The position numbers and the translations under genes were made by a program. Below the pieces are notes generated by a model. That model was not told the DNA's origin. It searched no databases and saw only the letters and a program-made list of their open reading frames with translations. DNA of 64,000 bases, from assembly GCA_963728565.1 (NCBI GenBank), contig CAVSLC010000005.1, forward strand, positions 128,001-192,000, written 5' to 3'. Source of the DNA: an uncultured delta proteobacterium. GTDB taxonomy: Bacteria; Desulfobacterota; Binatia; UBA9968. The stretch's first letter is position 1. Each line of letters starts with the position of its first letter. This document shows positions 20,333-31,747 of this stretch, piece by piece.

Positions 20333-21571
20333 ATGGCGCAAACCTTTTTTAAAGTGCTAGCTCCGCAAGAGGCGTTACGTTTGCTGGTCCAGGTAAATCC
20401 CGTAGGCACAGAGCATGTTGCAACGGTTACAGCGCGCGGCCGGGTGCTCTGCGAGGATCTTCGTTCTGGGGTTGACTTGCCGCATTTTAGGCGCGCCGCA
20501 ATGGATGGCTATGCTGTTCGTTCCAAAGATACCTTCGGCGCGAGTCAGAGCCTGCCGGCTTATTTGAAACTGGTCGGGGTTGTTGAAATGGGCAAAGAGG
20601 CGATCCAGCCGGTGCAGGCGGGCGAAGCGATTCGCATTTCAACCGGCGGCATGATGCCGCCGGGAAGCGATGCCGTAGTCATGGTCGAGTATACCAACGA
20701 AGTTGAAGGCGGCCTGGTGGAGGTTCAGCGCGGTGTGTCGCCGGCGCAGAATGTCATTCAAGTCGGCGATGACATCAAAAAGGGCGAGACGGTTTTTCAA
20801 TGCGGCCGACGATTCAAGGCGCATGACATAGGCGCACTGACGGGCATCGGCATGTCTTCGGTGCCTGTGTTCAAGCGACCGCGGGTTGCGCTTATTTCCA
20901 CAGGCGACGAAATCGTCGACGCTGATGTGACACCGTTGCCAGGGCAGGTGCGCAATATCAATCAGCACTCACTGGCCGGTTTGATTACCGAGTGCGGCGC
21001 CGAATTGAAAGATTTGGGAGTCACCCCTGATGATCGGCAGCGGCTCACAACCGCGTTAACGCAAGCTTTGGATTGGGCCGACCTCGTGCTGTTGTCCGGA
21101 GGCAGCTCGATGGGCGCAAAAGATATTGCCCTTGAAACAATTCTTTCGTTTCCGGATTCGGAGTTTATCTTTCACGGCATATCGGTGGCACCAGGTAAAC
21201 CGACGATTTTTGCCAGGGCCTGCGGTAAGCCGATCATGGGACTGCCCGGATATCCGGTTTCCGCTTTGGTAATCTTTGATCTTTTCGCTGCGCCCCTGAT
21301 CCGCAGATTAGGCGGCGAAGTGATTGCGTCACACGCTCGCTTTGCTAGAACAGCCAAAGCAACCTTGAAGACCAACATTGCCTCCCAGGTCGGCCGTGAA
21401 GATTACATTCGCGTAGCTCTCGAGCAAGAATCTCAAGGACTTTTAGCGACTCCGCTACCGAATAAATCCGGCGCGATTTTCACTCTTGTGAAAGCCGACG
21501 GCATGGTGCGAATTGATCTCAACCAAGACGGTCTGGAAGCCGGAGAAGAGGTCGAAGTCATTTTGTTCTAG
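20333..21571 (+). CDS. moeA: molybdopterin molybdotransferase MoeA
   Basis: AAMDGYAV, ISTGGMMP.G.DAVVMVE, STGDE, PGKPT, GLPGYPVS. Confidence 0.93.
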   Translation: MAQTFFKVLAPQEALRLLVQVNPVGTEHVATVTARGRVLCEDLRSGVDLPHFRRAAMDGYAVRSKDTFGASQSLPAYLKLVGVVEMGKEAIQPVQAGEAIRISTGGMMPPGSDAVVMVEYTNEVEGGLVEVQRGVSPAQNVIQVGDDIKKGETVFQCGRRFKAHDIGALTGIGMSSVPVFKRPRVALISTGDEIVDADVTPLPGQVRNINQHSLAGLITECGAELKDLGVTPDDRQRLTTALTQALDWADLVLLSGGSSMGAKDIALETILSFPDSEFIFHGISVAPGKPTIFARACGKPIMGLPGYPVSALVIFDLFAAPLIRRLGGEVIASHARFARTAKATLKTNIASQVGREDYIRVALEQESQGLLATPLPNKSGAIFTLVKADGMVRIDLNQDGLEAGEEVEVILF

Positions 21572-21682
21572 CTCTGCTGACCGCCCCCGTTTTTGTTACG
21601 AGTTGCGGGTGTCATCGTAAGCCTGATTTTCCGGAACAGAATTGTTGCAAACACGTTAGAGGATTGGATTGCCAGGAGAGTG

Positions 21683-23611
21683 ATGGCTCGCAAACGTTAT
21701 CTTAAGAAAACTCCGTTGAAGGAAGCTCAAGAACTCTTCCTGGCCAAAGTCGAGCCGTCACGCATTGGCAATGAATTTATTACGGTAGAAGAGGCTCTCG
21801 ACCGAATCACTGCAGAGCCAGTCTTCGCCAAGATTTCCTCGCCGCACTACCATGCTGCCGCCATGGACGGCATCTGCGTGCGCGCCGAAGATACTTTTGG
21901 CGCTACTGAATTCAATCCCAAAAAACTCCTTAGCGCGAGCAGCGACTCGCCAGGTCCGGACGCGTTCGCTTACGTCGATACCGGCAACTCGCTGCCACCA
22001 TGGGCGAATGCGGTAATCATGATCGAGAAAGTTCGTCAGCTCAAAGATGGGTCGTTGGAGATTTTTGAATCTGTCGGCCCCTGGAATCACGTCCGTTTGG
22101 TGGGCGAAGATGTGGTCGCGACTGAATTGCTTTTGTCGCGCTATCATCGGCTTCGTCCCTATGATCTTGGCGCTTTGCTGGCCTCCGGGCATATTCGGGT
22201 AGAGGTGAAATGCCGGCCCAAGGTCGGGATCATTCCAACCGGTGATGAGTTGATCGCTCCCGGCGAGCAACCCCAGCCCGGAGCCGTTATAGAATTCAAT
22301 TCAACAGTTCTCGCGGCGTTTGTGCGCGAATGGGGTGCAACACCGATCAAATATCCTCGCGTTAAGGACCAATCCGAGCTGCTCGAACAAGCTGTGCGCC
22401 GGGCGGCCGCTGAATGTGATCTGGTGACCATCATCGCCGGTTCTTCCGCGGGGGAACATGACTTGACGGCGGAGGTCGTGGCTGATGCGGGCGAACTCTG
22501 GGCCCATGGAATCGACATCATGCCGGGGAAGCCAGCAGTCTTGGGAGCAGTCGGCGGCAAGCCGGTAATCGGTGTTCCCGGCTACCCTGTTTCCGCCATT
22601 GTTATCGCGCGGGAAATCTTGCGGCCGGCGCTGGAGAAGTTTCTTGGAGCCGCGGCGCCATCTTATCCGCGTGTTCATGCGGTGGTGCCGAAAAAGATCG
22701 CCTCGCACCTCGGTCTGGAAGAATTCATCCGGGTGTCGATGGGGCGGGTAGGAAACAAGCTGGTGGCAGTCCCGCTTGCCAGAGGCGCAGGGGTGATTAC
22801 AACCATGGTTCATGCCGATGGATTATTACGGATTCCAAGTCTCGTCGAAGGATTAAACGAAGGTGAAGAAGTTGAGATCGATTTGCTTCGGCCTCGAGAA
22901 GATATCGAAAACACGATTCTCTGCACCGGCAGTCACGATCTTGCCATCGGTGTAATCGAAGATCAACTTAAGCAGCATCATCCGGAACTCAAGATCGCCG
23001 CTGCGAATGTTGGCAGCCTTGGCGGTTTGCTTGCGCTGCAGCGCGGCGAGACCCATTTGGCCGGCACACATCTGCTCGACCCGGAGACCGGCGTTTACAA
23101 TATTGCTGATATCAGACGAACGATTCCTAAACTGCCGGTGACGCTTGTGCACCTTGCGCAGCGCGAACAAGGGATAGTCGTTGCTCGCGGTAATCCTAAA
23201 TCGGTCGGCAGCCTGAGCGATCTCACCTCTGGAATTCGATTCGTCAATCGGCAAGCGGGATCCGGGACTCGCGTGCTGTTAGACTTTGAGCTCAAGAGAC
23301 TGGGGATTAGTCCGAGCTCAATAAATGGCTATGAACGGGAAGAGTTCACGCATATGTCTGTAGGGGTTGCGATCGCCAGTGGCCTGGCGGACGCTGGTCT
23401 CGCGGTGCGGGCTGCTGCGCAAGCGCTGGGGCTCGACTTTATACCGATCGCCAGTGAACAGTACGACTTGCTGTTTTCCCGCCCCTTTTTCGAATCGGAG
23501 CGCGGCCAGCGGCTGATGTCGGTGCTTCGATCCGGTGCATTCAAAAACGCTGTGGCCGCTCTGGGCGGATATGATAGTAGCGCTTCCGGTAAGGTACTCT
23601 ACCAACAATAG
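21683..23611 (+). CDS. moeA: MoeA fused to a C-terminal periplasmic-binding (LysR-substrate/PBP) domain
   Basis: MoeA domains plus GSHD..., VGSLGGL.AL, FVNRQ.GSGTR.LLD. Confidence 0.92.
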   Translation: MARKRYLKKTPLKEAQELFLAKVEPSRIGNEFITVEEALDRITAEPVFAKISSPHYHAAAMDGICVRAEDTFGATEFNPKKLLSASSDSPGPDAFAYVDTGNSLPPWANAVIMIEKVRQLKDGSLEIFESVGPWNHVRLVGEDVVATELLLSRYHRLRPYDLGALLASGHIRVEVKCRPKVGIIPTGDELIAPGEQPQPGAVIEFNSTVLAAFVREWGATPIKYPRVKDQSELLEQAVRRAAAECDLVTIIAGSSAGEHDLTAEVVADAGELWAHGIDIMPGKPAVLGAVGGKPVIGVPGYPVSAIVIAREILRPALEKFLGAAAPSYPRVHAVVPKKIASHLGLEEFIRVSMGRVGNKLVAVPLARGAGVITTMVHADGLLRIPSLVEGLNEGEEVEIDLLRPREDIENTILCTGSHDLAIGVIEDQLKQHHPELKIAAANVGSLGGLLALQRGETHLAGTHLLDPETGVYNIADIRRTIPKLPVTLVHLAQREQGIVVARGNPKSVGSLSDLTSGIRFVNRQAGSGTRVLLDFELKRLGISPSSINGYEREEFTHMSVGVAIASGLADAGLAVRAAAQALGLDFIPIASEQYDLLFSRPFFESERGQRLMSVLRSGAFKNAVAALGGYDSSASGKVLYQQ

Positions 23612-23856
23612 CTATGGTGATTTTAGGTCGGTTCGCACAAATCGACCGTGTGCTGGACCGGTAACCCTCAGTGCCTATGGCGTTCACTAAGACGCAATGG
23701 CGCTTAAGAGACGTCACTAAATAACTGATCGGTTCCTGATACCGTTTCCTTACTGACGACCTCTGCGTCGCGCCGTCGCAGATTGTCCAGATTTGTCCAC
23801 CCCCGCCTTCGCAGTCTTGTTCGCGATCGTAAATCGCTTTTTATCTCAAATACTTA

Positions 23857-23895
23857 GGCTGCTGACGCAATGGCATTGCCATTGCGTCAGCAGCC
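23857..23895. promoter_or_regulatory. perfect palindrome (19-bp arms) containing a sigma-54-like motif on both strands
   Basis: GGCTGCTGACGCAATGGCA-T-TGCCATTGCGTCAGCAGCC; TGGCA-N6-TTGC spacing matches -24/-12. Confidence 0.6.
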
Positions 23896-23916
23896 CCCGG
23901 GAGTTTCTTCAGATTC

Positions 23917-24147
23917 ATGGACCAGAAGTTCGAGAGTATTCGTTTACTGACGCTCGACGAGGCTGCGGCACTGCTTCAGGTCTCCAAGCGCACTCTCCAC
24001 CGGATGATCAAAATCAACGAGCTGCCGGCGTTCAAGGTCGGCGGTCAGTGGCGGGTGCGAGAGAGTCAACTTAGGCAATGGGTTGAACATCGAGAATCCA
24101 GCGGGTCCGAACGAGAAAGAAAAGACGATTTCGGAGAGAATCGTTAA
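23917..24147 (+). CDS. excisionase/BldC-like HTH_17 DNA-binding protein
   Basis: LLTLDEAAALLQVSKRTLHRMIK..ELPAFKVGGQWRV. Confidence 0.9.
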   Translation: MDQKFESIRLLTLDEAAALLQVSKRTLHRMIKINELPAFKVGGQWRVRESQLRQWVEHRESSGSERERKDDFGENR

Positions 24148-24317
24148 TCTCTCACCAGACCTGGATGCTTTACTCGTAGAAATCCAACGAAGATGAATAT
24201 GTCGTAATCGGCCGGGAGATGTATCGCTCTCGCGCGTCTTGGACGTGACAGAATCGGTCGGTAGATCTTTGCTGGCAGATAAACACCGTAAGAACTGACG
24301 TTGCAGACGTAGTAGAG

Positions 24318-27300
24318 ATGCCCAAACTTAAGAGCTTGGCCACCCCCAGAAGCTTCGCGCGACCGAAACCTTCCGCCGCCCTGCAAGGCTTGTGGGAATT
24401 TCTGCCTTCCGGCGAATCATTGCCGGCCCCCGTCTGGCAAACCCGGCACCGATTTTTACTTCGACTTACGTGGCTTCATGCGTTGCTGATCGCAGTGATT
24501 GCGGTCGTATTTGGTGATAGCTGGGAATTTACCCTTGCGGCCCTCGTTCGCGATGGCACAGTGCTCCGTACGACCGCGGAAGCGATGATAGTGGGTCTTT
24601 TCGCGAGCGTTGCCGCTCTAACCACCGGCCGTGCTCTTCCGTCTGTAGCGGTTGGTTTTGGCCTTATAAGCGCCTCCGCAATTCTCGTTCAACTCTCCGG
24701 TGGCGCCATCGAGTTTCACTTTCACTTTTTTGTGGTGCTTGCCTTTTTGGCGCTATATCAGGATCGGATTTCGTACCTCCTGGTTCTTGTCTATCTGGTG
24801 ATTTACCACGTTCTTGTCGGTGCGATGTGGCCTCACCACGTTTATAACCATCCGGCGGCTTTGGCTGCTCCGTTGAAGTGGGCCGCCATCCATTCTTTTT
24901 TTTTCATCGCGGCGGCGGTCGGCAACATGTCCGCCTGGCGCTTCAATCAGAAGGCATTCGCGGAAAGCACCTTAATCCTCAATTCTGCGGGCGAAGGAAT
25001 TTTTGGAATTGACCTGCAGCAAAGAATTCTCTTCATGAATTCGGCAGCGGCGGAACTCCTGAATTGTCAAGCGGACGAAGTGCTTGGAAAAACGACGCAG
25101 CAGATACTGCGCCACACGCGCGCAGACGGCAGTGAGTTTTCCAACCAGCCCTCGTCCATTGTCGCTTCGTTAAGAGACGGTGCCAAGCACCAGGCCGCCG
25201 ATGAGCTATTTTGGCGCATTGACGGCACGAGCTTTCCGGTCGAATACAAGTGCGCTCCAATTTTTGAGCGAAACGCGTTGGCGGGAACAATAGTAACGTT
25301 TAGCGATATCAGCAAGCTAAAGAGCAGAGAGACGGCCTTGCGCGAGAGCGAAGAGCGGTTTCGTCAGATTGCCGAAAACGTCAAAGAGGTTTTTTGGATT
25401 ACGGACCCGTCGAATAACGAAAAGCTTTACATCAGCCCCGCATATCGCGAAATTTGGGGACGCGATCCAGCCAAGATCGGTTCTTTATCTAAATCCTGGC
25501 TGGGCCTGCTTCATAAAGATGATCGCACTCGGGTACTTGAAGCGGTAAGCACGAAGCAGTTTACGGGGCAGTACAGCGAGGAGTATCGGATCGTCCGCGA
25601 TGACGGCTCTGTACGTTGGATCAAGGATCGCGCTTTCCCGGTGCGGAGCGAGTCTGGAGAGATTTACCGCATGGTCGGGTTAGCGGCAGATATCACCGAA
25701 CCTAAGCAGGCACAGCAAGATTTGCTGGACCGGTACACTGAGCTGGCGGTTCTGCACGATGTGAGCCAAGCGATCTTGAGCGCTACAGATCTGGAGCCTG
25801 TTTTGGAAAACATTGTCGATCGAGTGCTCGCCACTCTCTCGCTCGACATTGGTAATATTCGCTTGTTTGAGCCTATCGGCGGTACGCCAATCGGAATTTA
25901 TCGAGGCTATGGCAATCAAGAGAATACCCGCGTTTACGCCGACATGAAGAACTCCAGAAGCGATGCTCTTTCAATGCGGATCATCGAGTCGGGAAAAAGT
26001 CTAGTACTGGAAAATCTCGCCGCAGGGGACGGGCTACTTGCCTTTACAAAGGAACAGGTGTGCTCGGCTATTGTGGTGCCGATCATCCTGGAACGAGAGA
26101 CGCTCGGAATGATGGAGGTGGGAAGCCGCAGGCCCTCAACGTTCAGGCCCCAAGACGTTCGTCTGCTGAATGCGATCGGCAACCAAGTGGGCCTCGCCAT
26201 TCAGAAGGCCCGGCTTCTCCACGACACCGAGCGGCGCGCCAATGAACAGGGAGCTCTCAATCTTATCGCCAAAGCTATCAGCCAGTCGCTTCGTACCGAT
26301 GAACTTCTGAAGATTGCGTTGGAAAAAGTCTTCGAAGTGACCGGACGCGAGCGCCTATCAATAAGGCTCAAGAATTCCGCTAATAACGGCATGACCTTGG
26401 CGGCGCACCGGGGGTTTTTGCCGGAGGAGACCGAAGAACTGGTTCGGCCGTCAACCGACTCCATCATCCGTGACGTGTTTGCAAGCGGGCAGCCGCTAGT
26501 TATTAACAATTCTCCCGCAATCGGGAACTCCGAAGAACTGTTACCGCAAAAAAATCCGGCCGGCATGATTCCGATAAAAGCTGGCACTCATGTGGTGGGT
26601 ATCTTGGCGGTATCTGCCGCCCGGCCGGTTCCTTTCGAACTGCGCGAATTGGAACTATTGGAGGCTATCGGAAACATGATCGGTGTGGCGCTCGAAAAGG
26701 CGCGACTGTTCAGTGAAACCGAGGCACGTTATCGAGAACTCAAGACGCTGCAGGCGATTAGTGCCACTATTCTCGAAACTCTTGATGTAACAGTCATGAT
26801 GGAGCGAATCCTTGACAAGGCATTTGAGGTCGGCAGGTTCGATTGCGGCGTGATTCGCCTGCTCGACCGCGACCCTAATAGGTTAAGACTGGTGGCCAGC
26901 CGTGGACATCGCGACCATGAAGGCATCGTCAACCACTATGAAACCAGTGGGCAAAAGTCCACCGCAAGAATTATCGCCGAGGTAATGGCCAGCAAGCAGA
27001 CCAAGGTTAAGGACCTGAGTGCATCAGACGGCATGCGCACGTTTAGACGAGAAGGAGTGTGCACGGTCGTGGCTATTCCGCTCCACACCCAGAACGACGT
27101 GCTGGGGATTATTCAGCTCGGTAGCCGGGCAATCAGAGAGTTTCAGGAGAGTGAGTTGCGAGTTTTCGACGCCATCGGCGGCCAGGCTGGAATCGCCATT
27201 CAAAAGGCTCGGCTCTACGAAGAAAGCCAACAGGCACAGGCGGCGCTGAGAGAGAAGGCTGCGCAGTTGACTCTCTCCAATACAGATCTTCAGCATTCAA

Positions 27301-28076
27301 CCGAGGAGGTAAAATCGGCGAAAGAGAAACTTGAACGGGTGAACAGTTTGCTAACCGTCCAGGCGGCTGAACTGGCTCGCTCCAATACCGAGTTGGAGCA
27401 ATTTGCCTATGTGGCATCGCACGATTTACAAGAGCCGTTAAGAATGGTCGCGAGCTATGTGCAACTGCTTGCCCGGCGCTACAAGGACAAACTCGACAGC
27501 GAGGCCGAAGAATTCATCGGCTTTGCGGTGGATGGGTCCAAGCGCATGCAGGACCTGATCCAGGCTTTGCTTGCTTACTCGCGTATCGGAACCAAGGGCC
27601 GCCAGTTTGAGCCGACAAACTGTGAGGTTGTTCTTCAAACCGCTCTCAAGAATTTGCAGATCGCCATCGAAGACAGTCAGGCGAGAATAACTCACGACCC
27701 TCTGCCGACCGTCATGGGCGATGCCATTCAACTCGGGCAGCTCTTCCAGAATTTGGTCGGTAACGCGATTAAATTTCGCGGTGAAAAGCCTCCTTCCGTC
27801 CATGTGACGGCGGAGCGGCAGGCTGCCGACTGGCTGTTCTCATTTCGCGACGATGGAATCGGAATTGACTCTCAGTATGCGCAGCGGATCTTCGTGATCT
27901 TTCAGCGCTTGCATACCAAGGAGGAATATCCCGGTACGGGGATCGGTCTCGCGCTGTGCAAAAAGATCGTTGAACGACACAACGGGCGAATCTGGGTGGA
28001 GTCAGAGCCGCACAAGGGCTCGACCTTTCGCTTTACGTTGCCGGGGGAATCCGCTGAAGGAGATAAACCCTTATGA
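24318..28076 (+). CDS. membrane-anchored PAS-PAS-GAFx3 sensor histidine kinase (Cph1-type transmitter)
   Basis: TM domain with HFHFF; PAS motifs; three GAF repeats; [15 protein letters not shown]-box; GTGIGL G-box. Confidence 0.92.
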   Translation: MPKLKSLATPRSFARPKPSAALQGLWEFLPSGESLPAPVWQTRHRFLLRLTWLHALLIAVIAVVFGDSWEFTLAALVRDGTVLRTTAEAMIVGLFASVAALTTGRALPSVAVGFGLISASAILVQLSGGAIEFHFHFFVVLAFLALYQDRISYLLVLVYLVIYHVLVGAMWPHHVYNHPAALAAPLKWAAIHSFFFIAAAVGNMSAWRFNQKAFAESTLILNSAGEGIFGIDLQQRILFMNSAAAELLNCQADEVLGKTTQQILRHTRADGSEFSNQPSSIVASLRDGAKHQAADELFWRIDGTSFPVEYKCAPIFERNALAGTIVTFSDISKLKSRETALRESEERFRQIAENVKEVFWITDPSNNEKLYISPAYREIWGRDPAKIGSLSKSWLGLLHKDDRTRVLEAVSTKQFTGQYSEEYRIVRDDGSVRWIKDRAFPVRSESGEIYRMVGLAADITEPKQAQQDLLDRYTELAVLHDVSQAILSATDLEPVLENIVDRVLATLSLDIGNIRLFEPIGGTPIGIYRGYGNQENTRVYADMKNSRSDALSMRIIESGKSLVLENLAAGDGLLAFTKEQVCSAIVVPIILERETLGMMEVGSRRPSTFRPQDVRLLNAIGNQVGLAIQKARLLHDTERRANEQGALNLIAKAISQSLRTDELLKIALEKVFEVTGRERLSIRLKNSANNGMTLAAHRGFLPEETEELVRPSTDSIIRDVFASGQPLVINNSPAIGNSEELLPQKNPAGMIPIKAGTHVVGILAVSAARPVPFELRELELLEAIGNMIGVALEKARLFSETEARYRELKTLQAISATILETLDVTVMMERILDKAFEVGRFDCGVIRLLDRDPNRLRLVASRGHRDHEGIVNHYETSGQKSTARIIAEVMASKQTKVKDLSASDGMRTFRREGVCTVVAIPLHTQNDVLGIIQLGSRAIREFQESELRVFDAIGGQAGIAIQKARLYEESQQAQAALREKAAQLTLSNTDLQHSTEEVKSAKEKLERVNSLLTVQAAELARSNTELEQFAYVASHDLQEPLRMVASYVQLLARRYKDKLDSEAEEFIGFAVDGSKRMQDLIQALLAYSRIGTKGRQFEPTNCEVVLQTALKNLQIAIEDSQARITHDPLPTVMGDAIQLGQLFQNLVGNAIKFRGEKPPSVHVTAERQAADWLFSFRDDGIGIDSQYAQRIFVIFQRLHTKEEYPGTGIGLALCKKIVERHNGRIWVESEPHKGSTFRFTLPGESAEGDKPL

Positions 28077-28525
28077 GTGTGTATAACGGCTGCATTCAGG
28101 TACTGCTGGTAGAAGACAATCCCGGCGATGTCCGACTGACGAAAGAAGCCTTGAAGGAAGGCAAGCTGCTGAATCAATTGACGGTCGTTGGCGATGGAGT
28201 GGAGGCGCTCTCATTTCTTCGCAAGCAGGGTATATACGCCGACGCGCCTCAACCGGAACTGATTCTTCTGGATTTGAATTTGCCGAAAAAGGACGGCAGG
28301 GAGGTTCTAGCCGAAATCAAAGCCGATCCCAAGCTTCGGCGAATTCCTGTTGTTGTACTTACAACATCTTCCTCGGAAGAGGACATACTCAAAATCTACG
28401 ATTTGCATGCCAACTGCTACATCACAAAACCGGTGGATCTCGAACAATTTATGGGAGTGGTGAAGTCCATCGAAGATTTCTGGGTGAGCGTTGTCAAATT
28501 GCCGTCGCACGAGGCGGCTAAGTGA
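28073..28525 (+). CDS. single-domain response regulator (Rcp1-like)
   Basis: [28 protein letters not shown]. Confidence 0.93.
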   Translation: MSVYNGCIQVLLVEDNPGDVRLTKEALKEGKLLNQLTVVGDGVEALSFLRKQGIYADAPQPELILLDLNLPKKDGREVLAEIKADPKLRRIPVVVLTTSSSEEDILKIYDLHANCYITKPVDLEQFMGVVKSIEDFWVSVVKLPSHEAAK

Positions 28526-30159
28526 GCAGCGCGCCTATTCATGTACTGTTGATCGAAGACAATCCGGGCGACGCCCGACTTCTACGCGCGCTCTTGCAAG
28601 AGACGGGAAGCCCGCAATTCGAACTGGTTCACGCGGAACGGTTTAGCGACGCCTTAACGCGGCTGAGCGAGCGGCGATTTGACGTAGTGTTATTGGATCT
28701 TTCGCTTCCCGACGCGCAGGGTATCGAGACGATCAGCCGTTTGGGCGCCCAGGCGGAAGGCACGCCGATTGTAATTTTGACCGGTCTCAATGATGAGGAG
28801 ATTGCCATCAGAGCGCTGCAACAGGGAGCGCAAGATTATCTCGTCAAGGGGCAGGCGGACGGTCAGTTGTTGGCGCGTGCTCTGCGATACTCGATTGAGC
28901 GACATAAAGCCGAAGAGAGTCTGAAAGCACGAAATCGAGAACTGATGGTGCTGAGGAAAATCAGCGAGGCCATATTGGCATCATTGGACCTCAATTCAGT
29001 GCTCGAACACATTCTTGAGCAGGCGATTTTTATAGGTTCGTTCGACCTGGGTAATATCCGACTGCTTCAATCCAACGGTGATACGCTTCAGGTGGTGGTT
29101 GTTCGTGGCTACCGGGATCCGGAAAACGTCGCGAGCCACCGCGCAATCTCCCGCAACAGCGCCACCGCGCAATCCTCTCATTTCAAGGACCAACTATTTC
29201 AGCGGCCGTGCGTGGAGGAATCGGTGCAAAGCTGCGGCGGTTTAAGAACTTTCAAAAAGGAGGGGGTGCAATCGTTCGTCCAGGTGCCGGTTCGCGCCGA
29301 TGGCGCGGTCCTGGGAATTATTCAATTGGCAACGCGAACGCCGCGCAAGTTCAAAAACGAGGAAGTGAGTCTGTGGGATACCATCGGCAATCATGTGGGA
29401 GTTGCGGTGCAGCGAGCGCAGCTTTATGAGGAGACCAAGCGGCAAGCGCGCGAGCTCGAGAAGGCAAGCAAGCTGCAAGCCGACTTCTCGGCAATGATCG
29501 CTCATGATCTGCGGTCCCCGCTGATGAACATTACCGGAGTAACGGAGGTAATGTTGGACGGGATGTTCGGCCCTGTGACCGAGGAGCAAAAAAAATGGTT
29601 GTTACGGGTTCAAGCCAACAGTCACAATCTGATTGACCTAGTGAGCGACTTTCTTGATCTGTCCAAACTAGAGTCTGGCTACGTCAATGTCAGCAAGCAG
29701 GTCGTCAGTGTCACCGACCTGGTTCGAAAAAGCATCGAGAGCTTCCAGATGGTGGCGCAGAACAAAAAAGTGACCGTTGCGGAGGCGATCGATGCGTCGC
29801 TACCATCGATTCTGGCCGATCCGCAGCGCCTGGAGCAAGTCTTAAGTAATCTAATCAGTAACGCCATCAAATTTACTGGCGACGGCGGAGAGGTAAAGGT
29901 CGGGGCAGATTTCGCTAAGACGAGGAGCATTCGGGTTTGGGTTCAGGATAGCGGCGAAGGCATTCCCAGCGAGGAGATAGGTGAGCTTTTCCAAAAATAT
30001 CGACAGGGAGGGAATGCCAACAATTCCAATCACAAGGGTACCGGGCTCGGCCTAGTGATCTGCAAAATGATTGTAGAAGCCCACGGCGGGACAATATGGG
30101 CCGAGAGCGAACAGGGCCACGGGAGCATCTTTTCTTTCTCGCTGCCGATTGACGCTTAA
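28522..30159 (+). CDS. hybrid REC-GAF-histidine kinase
   Basis: N-terminal REC domain, [12 protein letters not shown]-box, NAIKF, GTGLGL. Confidence 0.92.
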   Translation: MSSAPIHVLLIEDNPGDARLLRALLQETGSPQFELVHAERFSDALTRLSERRFDVVLLDLSLPDAQGIETISRLGAQAEGTPIVILTGLNDEEIAIRALQQGAQDYLVKGQADGQLLARALRYSIERHKAEESLKARNRELMVLRKISEAILASLDLNSVLEHILEQAIFIGSFDLGNIRLLQSNGDTLQVVVVRGYRDPENVASHRAISRNSATAQSSHFKDQLFQRPCVEESVQSCGGLRTFKKEGVQSFVQVPVRADGAVLGIIQLATRTPRKFKNEEVSLWDTIGNHVGVAVQRAQLYEETKRQARELEKASKLQADFSAMIAHDLRSPLMNITGVTEVMLDGMFGPVTEEQKKWLLRVQANSHNLIDLVSDFLDLSKLESGYVNVSKQVVSVTDLVRKSIESFQMVAQNKKVTVAEAIDASLPSILADPQRLEQVLSNLISNAIKFTGDGGEVKVGADFAKTRSIRVWVQDSGEGIPSEEIGELFQKYRQGGNANNSNHKGTGLGLVICKMIVEAHGGTIWAESEQGHGSIFSFSLPIDA

Positions 30160-30182
30160 GCCATCGCGCCTCACATTTAAAG

Positions 30183-31736
30183 TCACACCGGCATCAGGCC
30201 ATGTTTCTTCCTTGGTCGCTCTTCTCTTTTGTTGCGTAGTATCTCTAGAGAACGAATCAGCCGCCGGCGGGTCTCCGCCGGACGAACGGCTGCGTGCGCA
30301 AACTGTTTGGACAAGGCTTCAAAGGGGCCGCTAAAGCGCTCCTGGAACTCGGCGATCTTCTCTCTGCGCGTTTGCTCCGGATCCGCTGATCGTTCGATTT
30401 CTCTTTTATAAAGAACGTTGACCGCTCCGCCGCCACCCATCACCGCGAGCTCGACGCCTGGCCAAACGAACAACTGATCGGCGCCCATTTCACGGGTACA
30501 GAGCGCCTGTTTGGCGCCCCCATAGCCCTTGCGTAAGACAACAGTGATCTTTGGCACCGTCGCCTCGGCATATGCGTAAAGCATCTTAGCGCCGTGGCGA
30601 ATGATGCCTTTTTCTTCCTGTTGTCTTCCGGGAAAAAATCCCGGTACGTCCATCAGTGTGATGATAGGAACATTGAAGGCATCGCAGAAACGAATGAAAC
30701 GAGCGGCTTTATCGGATGCGTCGACATCCAAACTGCCGGCGAGAAACATTGGCTGATTGGCGACGAACCCGACCGGGTGCCCGTCCAACCTGCCGAAGCC
30801 GATCACCAGATTGCGCGCGAATTTCGCTTTCAACTCGAGAAAATCATTATCATCGACGATCGCTTTGATGACTTGTAGAATATTGTAGGCGCGGCGCATA
30901 TCATCTGGGACGATTTGGTTGAGCGAATCGAGGCTGCGCTCCGGATTATCGCTGTTGGATTTGTGCGGCGGCGGCGATTCAAAATTGGCTGGCAAGAAAC
31001 CGAGCAGCCGGCGAACTGTCGCGAGACATTCTTGATCGCTTTTGACCACCAAGTCCGCGACGCCTGAGACTTCGGAGTGAATCTTGGCGCCACCTAACTC
31101 TTCCATGGTGACGGTCTCGCCGAGAACTTCTTTGATCACGGCCGGACCGGTGATGAACATCTGGCTGGAATTCTGGACCATTAAAATGAAATCCGTAAGC
31201 GCCGGCGAATAGGAGCCGACGCCAATACACGGCCCCATAATTGCGGAGATCTGCGGGATGCAGCCTGATGCGATACTGTTCTCGAAAAAGATCTTGCCGA
31301 TGGCGGAAGTGACCGAAAGTCCCTCCTGAATTCGTGCTCCCGCGGAGTCATTAAGACCGATCAGAGGAACGCCCAGTCTGCGCGCCGTCTGAATCACGTA
31401 GGCGATCTTTTCCGCGTGGGCGCTGCCAACACTTCCGGCCATGATGGATCGATCCTGTGAGAAAACATAAACCGGGCGGCCGTCGATCTTTCCGAAACCG
31501 GTCACTACGCCGTCGGACGGCTGTTTTCGCTCTGCCATGCCGAAGTCTGTACATTGCGTTTCCGCCAGCATGAACTCCTCGACGAACGTGCCGGGATCAA
31601 GAAGCGTCTCGACTCGTTCTCGCGCGGTGAGCCTGTCCTCGTCGGGTTGTTTGCCGGCCGCTTTTGCAGCGCCTTCGATGGCTTTTTTTTCTAACGCGGT
31701 AAGTTTTTTTTCGAGATCGTCTCTGGAATTAGCCAT
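30183..31736 (-). CDS. acyl-CoA carboxyltransferase (MmdA/PccB-like), decarboxylase alpha subunit
   Basis: LTARERV..LLD, DGVVTG.G.IDGR, GARIQEG, ARFIRFCDAFN.P, KKHG.MP. Confidence 0.92.
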   Translation of the reverse strand: MANSRDDLEKKLTALEKKAIEGAAKAAGKQPDEDRLTARERVETLLDPGTFVEEFMLAETQCTDFGMAERKQPSDGVVTGFGKIDGRPVYVFSQDRSIMAGSVGSAHAEKIAYVIQTARRLGVPLIGLNDSAGARIQEGLSVTSAIGKIFFENSIASGCIPQISAIMGPCIGVGSYSPALTDFILMVQNSSQMFITGPAVIKEVLGETVTMEELGGAKIHSEVSGVADLVVKSDQECLATVRRLLGFLPANFESPPPHKSNSDNPERSLDSLNQIVPDDMRRAYNILQVIKAIVDDNDFLELKAKFARNLVIGFGRLDGHPVGFVANQPMFLAGSLDVDASDKAARFIRFCDAFNVPIITLMDVPGFFPGRQQEEKGIIRHGAKMLYAYAEATVPKITVVLRKGYGGAKQALCTREMGADQLFVWPGVELAVMGGGGAVNVLYKREIERSADPEQTRREKIAEFQERFSGPFEALSKQFAHAAVRPAETRRRLIRSLEILRNKREERPRKKHGLMPV

Positions 31737-31747
31737 AATGGTTCCCG

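Noticed and set aside
23917-24147. Prophage or ICE excisionase
   Set aside because: No integrase, att/tRNA site or phage genes nearby.
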